Assembly (NCBI RefSeq): GCF_018977255.1
Contig: NW_024704743.1
Span: forward strand, 69,938,001 to 70,002,000
DNA length: 64,000 bases
DNA from: Callorhinchus milii
Lineage: Eukaryota
Reading direction: 5' to 3'
Shown here: positions 25,819 through 38,593 of the stretch, in pieces
How the letters are laid out: each line of letters opens with the position of its first letter
How positions within the stretch are numbered: the stretch's first letter is position 1
Program-made: the position numbers and the translations under genes
Notes under the pieces: generated by a model
The model's database searches: none
Seen by the model: the letters and a program-made list of their open reading frames with translations, nothing else
What the model was told of the DNA's origin: nothing

Positions 25819-26900
25819 CTAGCTGTACCCATTGCAGCTATGCTTGCAACCAAAGAATCCAATATGGAATATAGATTGACACACAGACAGACACACAGTC
25901 AGGCATTTAATCTTTATTCATAATCCTGTCAGTGGACTCATTTTGGCTATGCAATTCTTTGTTGTTGTTGTTGTCATGGCTTTGCTTCGTCTGTGTTCTT
26001 TATTTTGTTCCCACTGCCACTTGGCTATGTGCGTGCTCTGTGACGCAGGATGTGACAGCGTCACAGTCAGCCAGCGCGACCCCCAGGTGTAACTGCAGTG
26101 TGTGCGTATGTACGTAGGTACTCTGTGATGCATGATGCCACAGCTCCACTTTCCTGAGTTCAATTCCAGGCAGGGTGAAACCTTGGGCAAGTTTCCTTAC
26201 TCCACACGCCTAATAATAATCCCTCCAAAACTAAAAACAATAATTAAATTGGTCATTTTCAATCTACGACTGTTTGTGGGACATTGCTGTGCGCAATTGG
26301 CTGCCGCGTTCGCCCACAAATATACAGTCAATTCACTTTACAGTGTGTTCTGTGAAGCGCTTTGGGACGTCCTCCCGACGTGAAAAGCGCTATATCAAAT
26401 GCAAGGATTATTATTATTAGTAGTATTTGAGTGGACAACTCATTTGGTGTGCTGTTGTGGTCCTTTCAGCATTGAAGTGCAGCCACGCTGTTCTTTGTTC
26501 TTTAGTTTCATTTAATGGGCCTTCTCTCTTTTGTCCAGCATTTTTACTTATGCTTGACAGGTTTGATTTTCGCTTAGGCATCTTTATTATGATAAATATA
26601 AATGTATAATCAATAATCACTGGGAAGTCCTCCCGATTTGAAAGGCGCTTTAAAAATTTAACTTTGTTGTTGTTGTTGTCATGGCTTTGCTTCGTCTGTG
26701 TTCTTTATTTTGTTCCCACTGCCACTTGGCTATGTGAGTGCTCTGTGACGCAGGATGTGACAGCGTCACAGTCAGCCAGCGCGATCCCCAGGTGTAACTG
26801 CAGTGTGTGCGTATGTACTCTGTGATGCATGATGCCACAGCTCCACTTTGACTTGGCAGCCACCAGATGTAACTGGAGCGGAAAAAGCAAAATTGAACAC
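25819..26900 (-). mobile_element. Probable non-autonomous Helitron relic, rearranged
   Basis: Minus-strand end ttgca-N8-tgcaa hairpin then tgggtacagCTAG|T; RepHel-like N-terminus MPKRKSNLSS...ETKEQRTAWL from 26581; 5' end not located. Confidence 0.6.
26153..26418 (+). mobile_element. 5'-truncated young SINE inside the Helitron-like segment
   Basis: cctgagttcaattccagg through gcaaggattattattatt. Confidence 0.9.
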
Positions 26901-27004
26901 TAAAAACACCAGTGTAAATCATAAAATGATTTTGGGCTATTACAACCCAAAGGAGGCTGTTTTACGCCTCTACAATGCAGTAACATCGGCAGTTAATCTG
27001 GTCC

Positions 27005-27395
27005 AACAACAACAACAACTTATATAGCACCCTCCACGCAGGGCATTGTCCCAGAGCACTTAACAGTGGCGGAGCCTGACTCTGAGCCAGGGAGTGGGGG
27101 TGGTGGGGGAGGTGGCCGTAAACACAGTCAAAGAGGAAGATTTTCAGGCAGGACTTGAAAAGGGGCGAGAGGGGGCAAGGCGTTGGGATTGAGGGAGAGT
27201 GTTCCAGAGTTTCGGGGCATAGTGGCTGAAAGAGCGACCTCCAATAGCAGGGCGGAGGGTGCGAGGGATGAGCACGAGGCCGTTGCCAGTCGAGGCGCCT
27301 GGTGGTGGATTGGGGATTGAGGAGGTCCGAGAGTTATGGAGGTACCAGAGAGTGAAGGGATTTGAACACGAGTGTGAGGATCTTGAAGTTGAGGT
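27005..27395 (-). mobile_element. Old L2 3' fragment
   Basis: (CAA)n tail and degraded ORF2 end. Confidence 0.8.
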
Positions 27396-27489
27396 CCAGC
27401 TGTTTCAGTGTTAAGCAATCCATACTTTTGACTAATCAAAGAACCTACCATTAATATACATTTTATGCTTTGTTTTTTCTTCTCACCAG

Positions 27490-27565
27490 ATGATTCAAAC
27501 CACCAAAGCTCTGCTAGAAAATGGTGATGGAGTGTGTGAAAAAGTAGTGCAGTGTCAAAAAGCAG
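27490..27565 (+). CDS. Coding exon B (MIQTTKALLENGDGVCEKVVQCQKA plus 1 nt); not in the ORF track
   Basis: ttttttcttctcaccag acceptor and g|gtacgt donor; 76 nt in phase 0/1, compatible with exons A and C. Confidence 0.85.
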
Positions 27566-27636
27566 GTACGTGTTGACTCTGATGCAGGGAGCCATAAAGC
27601 TTCAACAGCTGTTCTTTACAGCTGCACTCTCCACCT

Positions 27637-28463
27637 CTCAAAGCCAGTCAGGAACCTCGGCGTTTTGTTCGACCCTGAGCTGTCCTTTCTCCCTCACATC
27701 CGCACCACAACTGGCACCGCCTTCCATCACCTCCGGAATATCGCCAGATTACGGCACTACCTCACCCCTCACGCCGCTGAAACCCTGGTCACGCCCTTGT
27801 CACCTCAAGGCTGGACTATGGGAACTCTCTCCTCGCCGGCCTTCCCGCCACCTCCCTCCACAAGCTGCAGGTCATTCAGAACTCTGCAGCTCGTGTACTG
27901 TCCCGCACCAGGCTTCGCGATCACATCACTCCCACCCTCGCTCGCCTCCACTGGCTCCCCCCCAGAGGATCGATTTCAAGATCCTCATCCTCACCTACAA
28001 GGCCATTCACGGCCTCGCTCCCTCCTACCTCTCCAACCTACTATCCCCCACCTACCTGCCCGTACCCTCCGTTCCTCTGGCTCCGGTCTGCTCCACGTCC
28101 CCCGCCCCAACCGCCCTACTATCGGTGGTCGGGCCTTCAGCCTCTCAGCCCCCAGGCTCTGGAACTCCATCCCCCAGTGCCTTCGCCGCCTCCTCCCTTT
28201 CCTCCTTCAAGGCCGGTCTCAAAACCTTTCTCTTTGACCGTGCCTTCAGCTCCCCTCTCGACTCTCTTCCTCCTCCTCGCTCCCTCCCTTCCCTCCCCTC
28301 ACCCTGACCATTTCCCCCTCCTCTCTCCCTCCCTTCCCTCCCCTCACCCTGACCATTTCCCCCCAATGCTCGGGTCATGACCCAACTGTGCAGCGCCTTG
28401 GGACGTCCTCCTGACGTGAAAGGCGCTCTATAAATGGAATCTTGTTGTTGTTGTTGTTGTTGT
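27637..28463 (+). mobile_element. Young L2, about 830 bp, starting about 70 nt after the exon B donor
   Basis: FDPELSFLPHI...AFHHLRNIARLRHYLT...[21 protein letters not shown]; stem-loop and (GTT)n tail. Confidence 0.94.
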
Positions 28464-30019
28464 TTACCAATTGACAGTGAGCTCCTCTAATTTATTAGTT
28501 AGAGATGAATTTATTATTTTGTCTTAACACTCTGCATAATTTGTAATTCAGTGTAGGTGAATAAATTGGCTAATAAATTAGCCATGTTGAACCATGTTGA
28601 ACCATAATAAACCATGTTGAAAGTAGCTGTCTAAACTCATTCCTTTAAGGTAGAAATCGTTTAAAGTTCAGCCGGTGATGACTCTAGTGGGAAAAGTAAC
28701 TGTACAATCTCAGGTTGATCCTGGTCTGTTGAACAGCCATGACAGCCGGTGGGAAATAGGAAGGGGATGGAGGTGAGAGGTGGTAATATAATGCAATTAA
28801 CGTGTTACAAAATGCTGGCTCATACGTTTACATCGTTGTTATTACAAAACGTTAGAATAGATTAGCACTCAAGAAAGGAGATGTTTTGGAATATCATCCT
28901 TAGCCCTTTTTCAGAAATCTCCAGGTACTGTTTTTCTCCTCTGTTCCTTTGAACCTCCAGTATAGAACAGACAATGAATCTCAAACAGTCATAAAATAAT
29001 AATAAAAGAATCATTTAATGAACGTACATGAATGTTTGTATCTGAAAAGGGAAGGTATTGTCTATCACATCAATGTTGAAAATGCAGTTTTCTAGAAAAA
29101 TTAAGATTGGAAACTTTTAATTGCCTTTTTAAAATGCAATTTACAATAAATTAGCTTGTGCTCAGCCTCTCTTCCTTTTGTCTTTGATGTCCTATTGGTA
29201 CAACCAAAAGTAAAACTCGGTGCAGAAATATTGTGTTTCTTTATGAATGTATCCGATGACATACGATGACATGCTAATTCTACTTTTATCTTCTTTACTC
29301 CACATGAAATCTTGCATATCTCTTCACGAACAGCACCTAATTACTGACATTAATGTATGCTTATACATTCCTTTCATTTGTTTTTGTTAAGTCATCAAAC
29401 AGGCAATTTTCCTTTCATAGCTGATAGGACTAAGACTTGCGTCACTTGACATAAGTACCAGGGGACTTTTACTAGCACAAGAATAAATAAATTATTCTGT
29501 CTCCTTCTGCCTGAAAGGCCATTATTGCTTATTTTTGAGGTGATCTTTATTTCTATTTTCTATGTTTTGGGAAAACAAGAACTCTCTTCCCACTGCTTAA
29601 GTGTATGGTGATAATCTTGATGATCATCTGCCTTAATTCAACAGCAAATAAGTCATGCTTTGATGTAAATTAAATTGTGCTCATGGATATGCAGCAAGAA
29701 AGTAGAGTGTCCTTGAATTATTTTTTGTCACTCCACTTGACAGAGAAGCAATTTCACAGAGAAAAAATAATTATTAATAATTATTATTAATCATTAAGTT
29801 TGTAAATACATTATTTGTGGTTGGTTCATTATTGGAAATATCTAAATCAGTCCAGTATATATTTTACATATACTAAATAATAAATACATACATATTTTAT
29901 ATATACTAAATAATAAACTCTTGAGAGAAATTAAGGCAATAATCTAATTAAATTCTTTGGATGGGATCATAAAAAAAACAGAATTAGAATTTATAGCAAT
30001 GAGCTGTTTTTATGATATA

Positions 30020-30166
30020 TAGTAAACTCCTGATAACTCAACCCTGACTTACCTTGTCACTACCACTTAAGTCATCATGCTGTCAAAATCCCGGCCGCAG
30101 CTATTTATGTATTCATGCACATGCCTAATTCGCCAGTCCTTTGCCCTTCGAGTGATGAGTTTACTG
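30020..30166. mobile_element. pogo/Tigger-like MITE
   Basis: Termini (t)agtaaactc and gagtttactg are inverted repeats with TA on both sides. Confidence 0.6.
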
Positions 30167-30809
30167 TAATCTGAATATTACAAACTGGTTCTTATTTGGG
30201 TTTGTGTCTGAAATGCTTGTCATTGCTGACAGGGGCAGCTTGTGTACTTTTTACCATCAATTCCAGGTAACATTTACCCCAATACATGAAGTAACCATAC
30301 TGATTCAACTCAACAAAGGCAGAATTAAGATGGGATAATGATAATAATAATCCTTGCATTTGACATAGCGCTCTTCATGTCTTCTAGACATCTCAAAACG
30401 CTTCACAAAATATACTGTAAAGTGAATTGACTGTATATTTGTGAGATCTACTGTACCAGCACTCCAACCTGTGATCTCAGGATCTACAAATCCAATGACC
30501 ACTATAAGTTGGCCAATGGTCACATTAAGCGCTCTGGGACTCTACCCTGCGTGAAGGGCACTATATAAATGCAAGTTGCTGTTGTCATTCTAGCCACTGT
30601 CAGTCTTGGTTATCAACTGATCTCATAGACTGCCTTTATCAAAGAGTTGGTGATTACTAATTAACACATCACACTCTGCTGTTTTCACCCTTGATCCAAG
30701 CAAAATATTTACGTTGCCGTCTTTTAATTTTTAACAATGTGCAGGTCTTTTTTTATTCTGAATTTCTATTAAGACATGACTTTTGTGCATAACTTGGCAG
30801 GCTGCTTAA

Positions 30810-33050
30810 CAACAACAACTTGCATTTACATAGCATTCTTCACATGAGTAGTGTCACAGAGTGCTTCACAGTGGTGGAACTTGACTCTGAGCCTGGAAGA
30901 GAGGGGAGGTGACCATAGGAAACGTCAAAGAGGAAGGTCTTCAGGTGTGAACTGAAAGCATATAAGATGGAGGGATTGAGGCAGAGTTCTATAGTTTGGG
31001 GGCATAATGACTGAAAGCATGGCCATGGATGGTGGAGTGGAGGGGACGAGGGATATACAGCAGATCAGATCTAACTGAGTGAAGGCGGCGGGTCGAGGAG
31101 TTGGGTGTAAGCAGGTTGGAGAACTATGGAAGTGCCAGGGTGTGAAGTGATTTGTACACAAGTGTGAGGATCTTTAAATCAATCTGTTCTGTAATAGGGA
31201 GCCATTGAAGCTTGTGAAGGACCGGGAGTATAGAGTATAGAGTTTGGTGTGGATGAAGGTACAGGAGGTGGAGATTTGAATTAATTGAATTTTATGAATG
31301 GTGGAGCTGGGGAGGCTGGCAAGGAATGATCGAGGCGGAAATTGATGAATGTGTAGATAAGGGGGTTTGGTTGTATTGGGTGTGAGATGTGGTCAGAGGC
31401 AGACAATGTGCCGGAAGTGGAAGAAAGCGGTCCTGGTCAGGGATCGGATATGGAATAGGAAAGACAGCTGGGGATTGAACCTGACGCGTAGGTTATGCGC
31501 AGTTTCATTAAGTCTGAGGCATAGACCAGGAAAATTGAGGAGGTTGGAGCCACAGGTGAGAACATGTTGATGGGAGCCAAGGTGGATGGCTTCTATCTTG
31601 TCAACATTCAGCTGCAGGACATCGGTACTCATCCAAGCCTTGATATCTGAAAAGCAAAAGGACGGAATATCTGTGGACCTGGCATGGAGAAGGAGAATTA
31701 GATTTGGGTATTATCTCTATACATGTAGACGTTAACCCCATATCTGCAAATGGCATCACCGAGAGGGAGCATGTAAGAAGGGGCGGTAAGGATGTTATGC
31801 CACAGGTGACCTAGCGGGCGTGGGGAGGAAAAAAACATTTGTGGAAAATAAATGAAGGCGGTTGGTTAAGCAGCATTCAAACCAGCTGAGTGCGGTCCCA
31901 CTAAGGTAGATGAAGGAGGAGAGGTGGTTGGGGAAGATGGCATGATCAACTGTGTCAAAGGCAGTGGAGAAGTCCAGGAGGACAAGGAGACAGGGAGTCC
32001 TGGTTACAGGGAGAAAGGATATAATTTGTGACTGTGACGAGCGCTGTCTCTGCGGTGGGCAGGGTGGAAACTGGACTGGAGCAACTCGAATACAACAACA
32101 ACAAACTTATATTTGTAAGGCGCCTTTCATGATGGGAGGATGTCCCAAGGCACTGAATAGTCTGGGATCAGGACCCGAGCGTTGGGAGCCACGGTTGGGG
32201 TGACAGAGGGCAGAGGGGTAGGAGGGCGGCTGAAAGCGCAGTCGAAAAGGAGCGTCTTCATACGGGCCTTGAAGGAGGCAAGGGAGAGCAAGGCGAAGGG
32301 ACTGCGGGACGGAGTTCCAAAGGATGGGGACAGAGAGGCTGAAAGCCTGGCCGTCGATGGCAGCTTGCGTTGAAGGGAGGCATGGAACAGGCTGCTGAAT
32401 GGAGGGAGCGGAAAGGTTGATAGGGGTTCAGCAGTTCAGAGAGGTAGGAAGGGGCAAGGCCATGGAGGACCTTGAAAGTGAGGACAAGAATTTTGAATTC
32501 TATCTTTAAGGGACAAAGGAGGGAGTTTCCGTAGTTGAGCCTTGAGGTGACAAATGCGTGTATGAGGGTTTCAGTGGCCTGAAGGGTATGGCGGAGTCTA
32601 GCAATGTTGCGGAAGTGCGGGAAGGCAGAGCGGATCATGGCACGGATATGGGCGAGAAAGGACAGTTGAGGGCCGAATAAGATGCCCAGGTTCCTGACTG
32701 GCTTGGTGAGGTGGAGTGTGCATCCGTGGCAGGACTCCATATCTCCTCCTGGGCCTCGGTCTTGTTGACATTCAGCTGTCGAAAGTTGGCTCTCATCCAG
32801 GACTTAATGTCTGACAGAGAATCTGTCAGGACGTCAGTTGTCCTGGAATCGAGAGATAGAGTTGGATGTCATCCACATACATGTGGAAGTTGACCCCCAT
32901 GACTGTGGATAATGTCACCAAGGGGAAGCATGTAGTGGTTGAAGAGGAGGGCACCGAGGACAGTGCCCTGAAGAACACCGCACAAGACTGTGTGGGGGCT
33001 AGAATAGAAACTGTTGGCGGAGACAAATTGGAAACGGTGTGAGAGATAAG
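30810..33050 (-). mobile_element. Two adjacent old L2 copies (about 30810-32080 and 32092-33050)
   Basis: [35 protein letters not shown]; two (CAA) tails. Confidence 0.85.
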
Positions 33051-33124
33051 ACCAGAGGGAGAGGTGTAAGCAAAATTGATTGGCAACAGCACATTCCAGG
33101 ACTTTAGAAATAAAAGGCAAGTTT

Positions 33125-33304
33125 GAAATGGGCCAATACTTTTTTGAGGGATTATTATCCCCGGGAAAGCCATCCGCCAATCGACTTAACAACTAGAGGC
33201 ATGTGGAGTAAGGAAACTTCCCCAACGTTTCAGCTTGCTTGGGAATCGAACCCAAGTCCTCTCACTTACGAGGCAAGTGTTCCAACCACTAAACTACAGG
33301 ACTC
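33125..33304 (-). mobile_element. SINE 5' part, long-form subfamily
   Basis: Head plus the extra segment ccgccaatcgacttaacaac. Confidence 0.75.
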
Positions 33305-34027
33305 TGTATCACTTTAAAATCGTAATCCTGGGTAGAAATCTCAATGAACCATGCTTTTATAGATGTTAACTATTCAACAAAACATGCTGGAAATATAGGC
33401 AGGTACAAAAACATTGCGTTTGAAAATTTGCACACAAAAAAACTTTCTATTGAATTAAAAAACGCAGGAATTGAAATGTGGAACAGAATATGAAATGGGT
33501 TTAATACTAGGGAATACTTGTGACAAGTGGAATGTTAAACAGGATTTTCATAAAGTTTTAACAACAATCCACACAAGACATTCCCAAGGGCATTAAAAGC
33601 CTTGAGAATGTGAGACTGGATATGAAAGTGCTTAAAGACTGGACGAAGTAAGAGGTGACATTTCAGACTGGGCAAGTGTTGTTAATATTAAATAATTCTT
33701 ACATTTGATATAGCACCTTTTATATCGGGAGGACTTTAAAAAGCACTTCACAGAATTTACTGTAAAGTGGAGTGACTTTGTATTCTGTGGGCGAACGTGT
33801 TGATTGGATTCCAAAAAACATCCATGTTTGGATTTTATTTATTTATAATCTACATGAATGATATGAATTGTGGACCAGATTTGAAGAGATTGGAAAAACT
33901 TGGGGGAGCAGTAGAAATTTGAAAAATGATCAGAAGAGTTGTGTAGTTGGGCAAAGTTGTGGACATTGAAGATCAACACTGATAAATGCAAAGCATTATT
34001 CAAAGATGAAAACAAAGACAGGACATA

Positions 34028-34275
34028 AATAATAATAATAATCGTTACATTTGATATAGCGCTTTTCAAGTCTTCTAGACGTCTCAAAGTGCTTCACATA
34101 ATATACTGTAAAGTGAATTGACTGTATATTTGTGGGCAAAACACGGTAGCTAATTACGCACAGCATGTCCCACAGTCGTGGATTGAAATGACCAGTTTTT
34201 TATTATTGTTTGTTTTTCTTGAGGGATTATTATCAGGAGTAAGGAATCTTGCCCAAGGTTTCGTCCTGGCCGGGA
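34028..34275 (-). mobile_element. SINE inserted in an old CR1 fragment
   Basis: Tail and core; flanks are CR1-like (W.LKINTDKCK upstream). Confidence 0.8.
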
Positions 34276-34957
34276 AATACACACAGAATGGAATTGAATT
34301 AGACCTATGAGCTCCAGAAAGAAACCTGGGAGTAATAATAGAAATGACACTTTCAATGTTCAGACATTGTGCTCAAGTAATTAAACAGCTAATAGAGTGC
34401 TCAGAATATAGTACAAGAACAGTGCATTAATAGCCTTCAGAAGTTACCCTACGGCTTTACACAGTACTGGTCAGAACACACTCTTTGTTCAGTTTTTGTA
34501 TCAAACCTCAAAATTATATATAATACACAGAACAACAATAAATTACATTTATATAGCGCCTTTCACAAAGGAAGGACTTCACAAGGTGCTGGACAGTTAA
34601 GGGATTGCACCTGAGGTGGGGGTAGGAGGGTAGGAGGGATGGGGATGGGAGGGTGGCCAAAGGCTCAGTTGAAGAGGAAGGTCTTGAGACGGGTGAGGAA
34701 AAAAACATTTGTGGAGAATAAATGAAGGCAGTTGGTTAAGCAGCACTCAAACCAGGCGAGTGTGGCCCCACTAAGTGAAGCGCTAAGGTAGATGAGGGAG
34801 GATAGGTGGTTGAGGAAGATGGCACGATCGAGCAGAGGGAGTGGACAGGTTGGTATGGTGTTTATAGGTCACAGAGCTAGAGAGGAGAATGACTATGGAG
34901 GGCTTTAAAAGTGAGGACAAGGATTTTAAACTCAATCCTCTGAGGGACGGAGAGCTA

Positions 34958-35610
34958 CAACAACAACAACAACAAGATTCCATTTATAAAGCGCCTTTCA
35001 CGTCAGGAGGACGTCCCAAGGCGCTGCACAGTTGGGTCATGACCCGAGCAGGGGGGAAATGGTCAGGGTGAGGGGAGGGAAGGGAGGGAGAGAGAGAGGA
35101 GGGGGAAATGGTCAGGGTGAGGGGAGGGAAGGGAGGGAGCGAGGAGGGGGAAGAGAGTCGAGAGGGGAGCTGAAGGCACGGTCAAAGAGAAAGGCTTTGA
35201 GACCGGCCTTGAAGGAGGAAAGGGAGGAGGCGGCGAAGGCACTGGGGGATGGAGTTCCAGAGCCTGGGGGCTGAGAGGCTGAAGGCCCGACCACCGATGG
35301 TAGGGCGGTTGGGGCGGGGGACATGGAGCAGACCGGAGCCAGAGGAACGGAGGGTATGGGCAGGTAGGTAGGGGGATAGTAGGTTGGAGAGGTAGGAGGG
35401 AGCAAGGCCGTGAATGGCCTTGTAGGTGAGGATGAGGATCTTGAAATCAATCCTCTGGGGGATGGGGAGCCAGTGGAGGCGAGCGAGGGTGGGAGTGATG
35501 TGGTCCCGAAGCCTGGTGCGGGACAGTACACGAGCTGCAGAGTTCTGAATGACCTGCAGCTTGTGGAGGGAGGTGGCGGGAAGGCCGGCGAGGAGAGAGT
35601 TCCCGTGGAG
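34958..35610 (-). mobile_element. Young L2 nested in older L2 sequence (about 34535-36230)
   Basis: Near-identical to the 12391 and 27637 copies; ORF 35182..35676 [15 protein letters not shown]... Confidence 0.93.
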
Positions 35611-37604
35611 AGTTCCCGTGGAGCTGGGCAAGGATGGGGGAAATTGGTTCACAAAAATGACCAAAAGCGTGGTCAAAGTGGTAGGTCTAGAGGCAGACCT
35701 TGAACAAAGTGAGAGAGGGAGGGAGCCGGAGGAACTCTGGGATGGAGTTCAGAGTGCAGGAGCACAATGGCTGAAAGCCTGGACCACCGACTGTGTGCTG
35801 GATAGGGCAGGGGACGTGAAGCAGACCGGTGCTCACAGAGTGAAGGGAGCGTCCAGATCAATAGGATTGAAGGAGGTTGCAGAGATAAGGTGGGTTGACA
35901 CTGTGAAGGGATTTAAAGGTGAGAGTGAAGATCTGCTGGGGGGTGGGAAACCAATGGAGCTGAGCAAAGATAGACTTGTGGAGTCTGGAACAAGAGAGGA
36001 CATAGGCAGCAGAGTTCTGGATGGACTTCAAATTGTGTAGGAAAGAGCTGGAGAGTCCAACAAGCAGGGCATTTGGGTAGTCAAGTTTGGATGCAATAAA
36101 GGTTTGGATGAGGGTCTCAGTGGCCGAAGGGAAGAGGTGGTGGTGGAGGTGGGAGATATTACAGAGATAAGGGAAAGCTGAGTATCTAAAAGCATGTATG
36201 TAGGGTTTGAAAGATAGTTGGGAATCCAGCAAGACATCACATACTAGTTTGCAGAGGTTCCGAGTTAACAGAAAAGTTTGATGAAATGTATATACAGATC
36301 TCTTTTACAACAACAACTTGCATTTATATAGAGCCATTCACATAGCATAATGTCTTTTCACAGCAGAGACAGATAATAATAATCTGTCAGAAAATACAGA
36401 AATAGATTTAATCATTTTCAAAAACAATTTTGAATATATTTGTCTTTAATTTTTGAAGGTACAACTCAGTTTGAACATTATTGTTTTAAAAATTTGCTAG
36501 TCTATCCCACTTCAGAAGATGAGGATCTTAAAGTCAATCTGTTGGATCAAAGAGAAAAAGTGAAGCCTGTCAAGGACTTGGGTGATGACCGAGCAAAATT
36601 TAGTGTAGGCGAAGTTGTGGATGGTGGAGTTTTAGATTAATTGAAGTTAGGAGTGCATTTGAGGGATACCAATAAGCATTTTAGCAGCATTTAGTGTGAG
36701 ATGGGGGCCAGAGACTGACAGTGAAATAGAAGTTAAAATAAGCAGACTCATTCAGGGACCTAGAGTGCATTGTAATGCTATTACAGCTTACCAGGTAAAA
36801 CCACATAAATTGCCATTGCTCACCAGCTGTCAGCTTGGCTCAGTTGGTAGAATGTCTGCCCTCTCTTTGCCTACAGTCACTACACTTTATAGTAAATCTT
36901 GTGAAGCTCTTTGAGATGAACTCCCAACACAAAAAGGTTCTATATGTACGGACTATTTATTAGTCCAGCTAGAACTACCCTATCAATTAAGGCTTCAGCT
37001 TACAAGGTTAACATGAGCCAATTAGGTAGGATCCCTGCCCCTTGTTTTGTGTTAAGCACTTCCAGCGACTTGACCTTAAGCCCCAGGTTTGTCTTGCGTC
37101 CAATTCTGTCATCCAGAAATCTAATGCATTTAGTCAGATGTCATATGGTCTACCACATGATATGGATTTGCTTGCAGAGCACCTTCTGTCAGAAGACACA
37201 AGAGACATATTTACCATTGTTCTATGGCATTCTCCTAAGTATCTGCCTTAAGTCAAAAAGTCTGAACTCCCTTTCTCAGCTGTGAATTTATTTGGAGAAA
37301 AAGCAGGTAATCATAAAGAGAAAAATAGGGATTTGAATTAAGTATTTAACCAGATAAAATATCTGACAAAGGTATGATTTCTCTTTAGCTATTCTTTATT
37401 ATGATATGACATTTCTTCGAGCTCACTGCTGCTGAGGACATCTCTTGATGACTGGGTAATAAACCTGAATCAGAAAAACTTATCCAGTGATCTTCACAAA
37501 TTGGTTTATTCCATCACCAGGTTTAAAGGCAGGTCTCAGCAATGATCCCAGATGATACCAAGGCCCTGTGTAAGAATGGAATTTATCAAAGGAGTCAACT
37601 TTGT

Positions 37605-38070
37605 GTGTCAGCCTGGATTAGTGGTAGCACTCTTGCCTTTGAGTCAGAAGGTTGTGGGTTTAAGCCCATGTCAGGGGTTTAAGCCCCGGAGTGTCAGTAT
37701 AGACTATATGAGTCCATGTCGGGATTTGAACTCATATAGTCTACATTGACACTCCAATTCAGTGCTTAGGGTATTCTGTTAGATGTGCAGATAAGACGTT
37801 AAATCAAGGTCCTATTTGCCTCTTTAGGTGAACATTTAGGATCCCATAGCATTATTCAAAAGGGAAAGGAAGTTCCCCTGGTGTCCAGGTCGACATTCCC
37901 CCAAATAAAATTAATCCCTCACTTTATGACTGTTTGTGGGAAATTGATGTGTGCAAATTGGCTGCCAAATTCTTCCACAAAATACACACAGTAGTACAGT
38001 ATATCCTGTGAAGCGCTTTGAGATGTCTCCATGGTCTGATGTACCAAACGCAAGGATTATTATTATTATT
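37605..38070 (+). mobile_element. Old Deu-type SINE, full length
   Basis: tagcactcttgcctttgagtcagaaggttgtggg head, core and (ATT)n tail. Confidence 0.78.
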
Positions 38071-38593
38071 CTCTTATAGCTTCCATCTTGATAGGTGAAA
38101 GCAACTCGTTTTAACAATTTTTTTCCCACAAAGGAACTCTCCTTTTCCAAACTGGAATTGATCCTCACACTTGTTTTCAAATCCCTTCATACCCTCGGAC
38201 CACTCTATGTCTCTGACCTGCTTACCCCCCAACCCACTGTCTCCACTCGATTGGCTCCGGCCTTCTGCATGACCCTCATGCCCTCTTTTCCACCATTGGT
38301 GGCCGCGCTTTCAGCCTCTTTGCCTCAAAAAACTCTAGAACACTCTTCACCTATCTCTCCACCTTAATCCTTCCTTCCCCATCTTCAGGTCGCACCTGAA
38401 GACCTTCCTATTCGACCATGCCTACGGTCACCTCCCTCTCCCCACGAGAAGGGTGCTATATAAGTGCAAGCTGTTGTTGTTAAGCCACTATATCACATGC
38501 AAGTATTATATTATTTTGGGGGTCCTTGGGTAACATTTCATGACATCTAATCTCAATCCCACTCTGTAGCTCAGATGATAGGAATACTTTTAA

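Noticed and set aside
27552..28307. Longest ORF in the track (251 aa)
   Set aside because: Read-through of frameshifted L2 ORF2 frames; not a host gene
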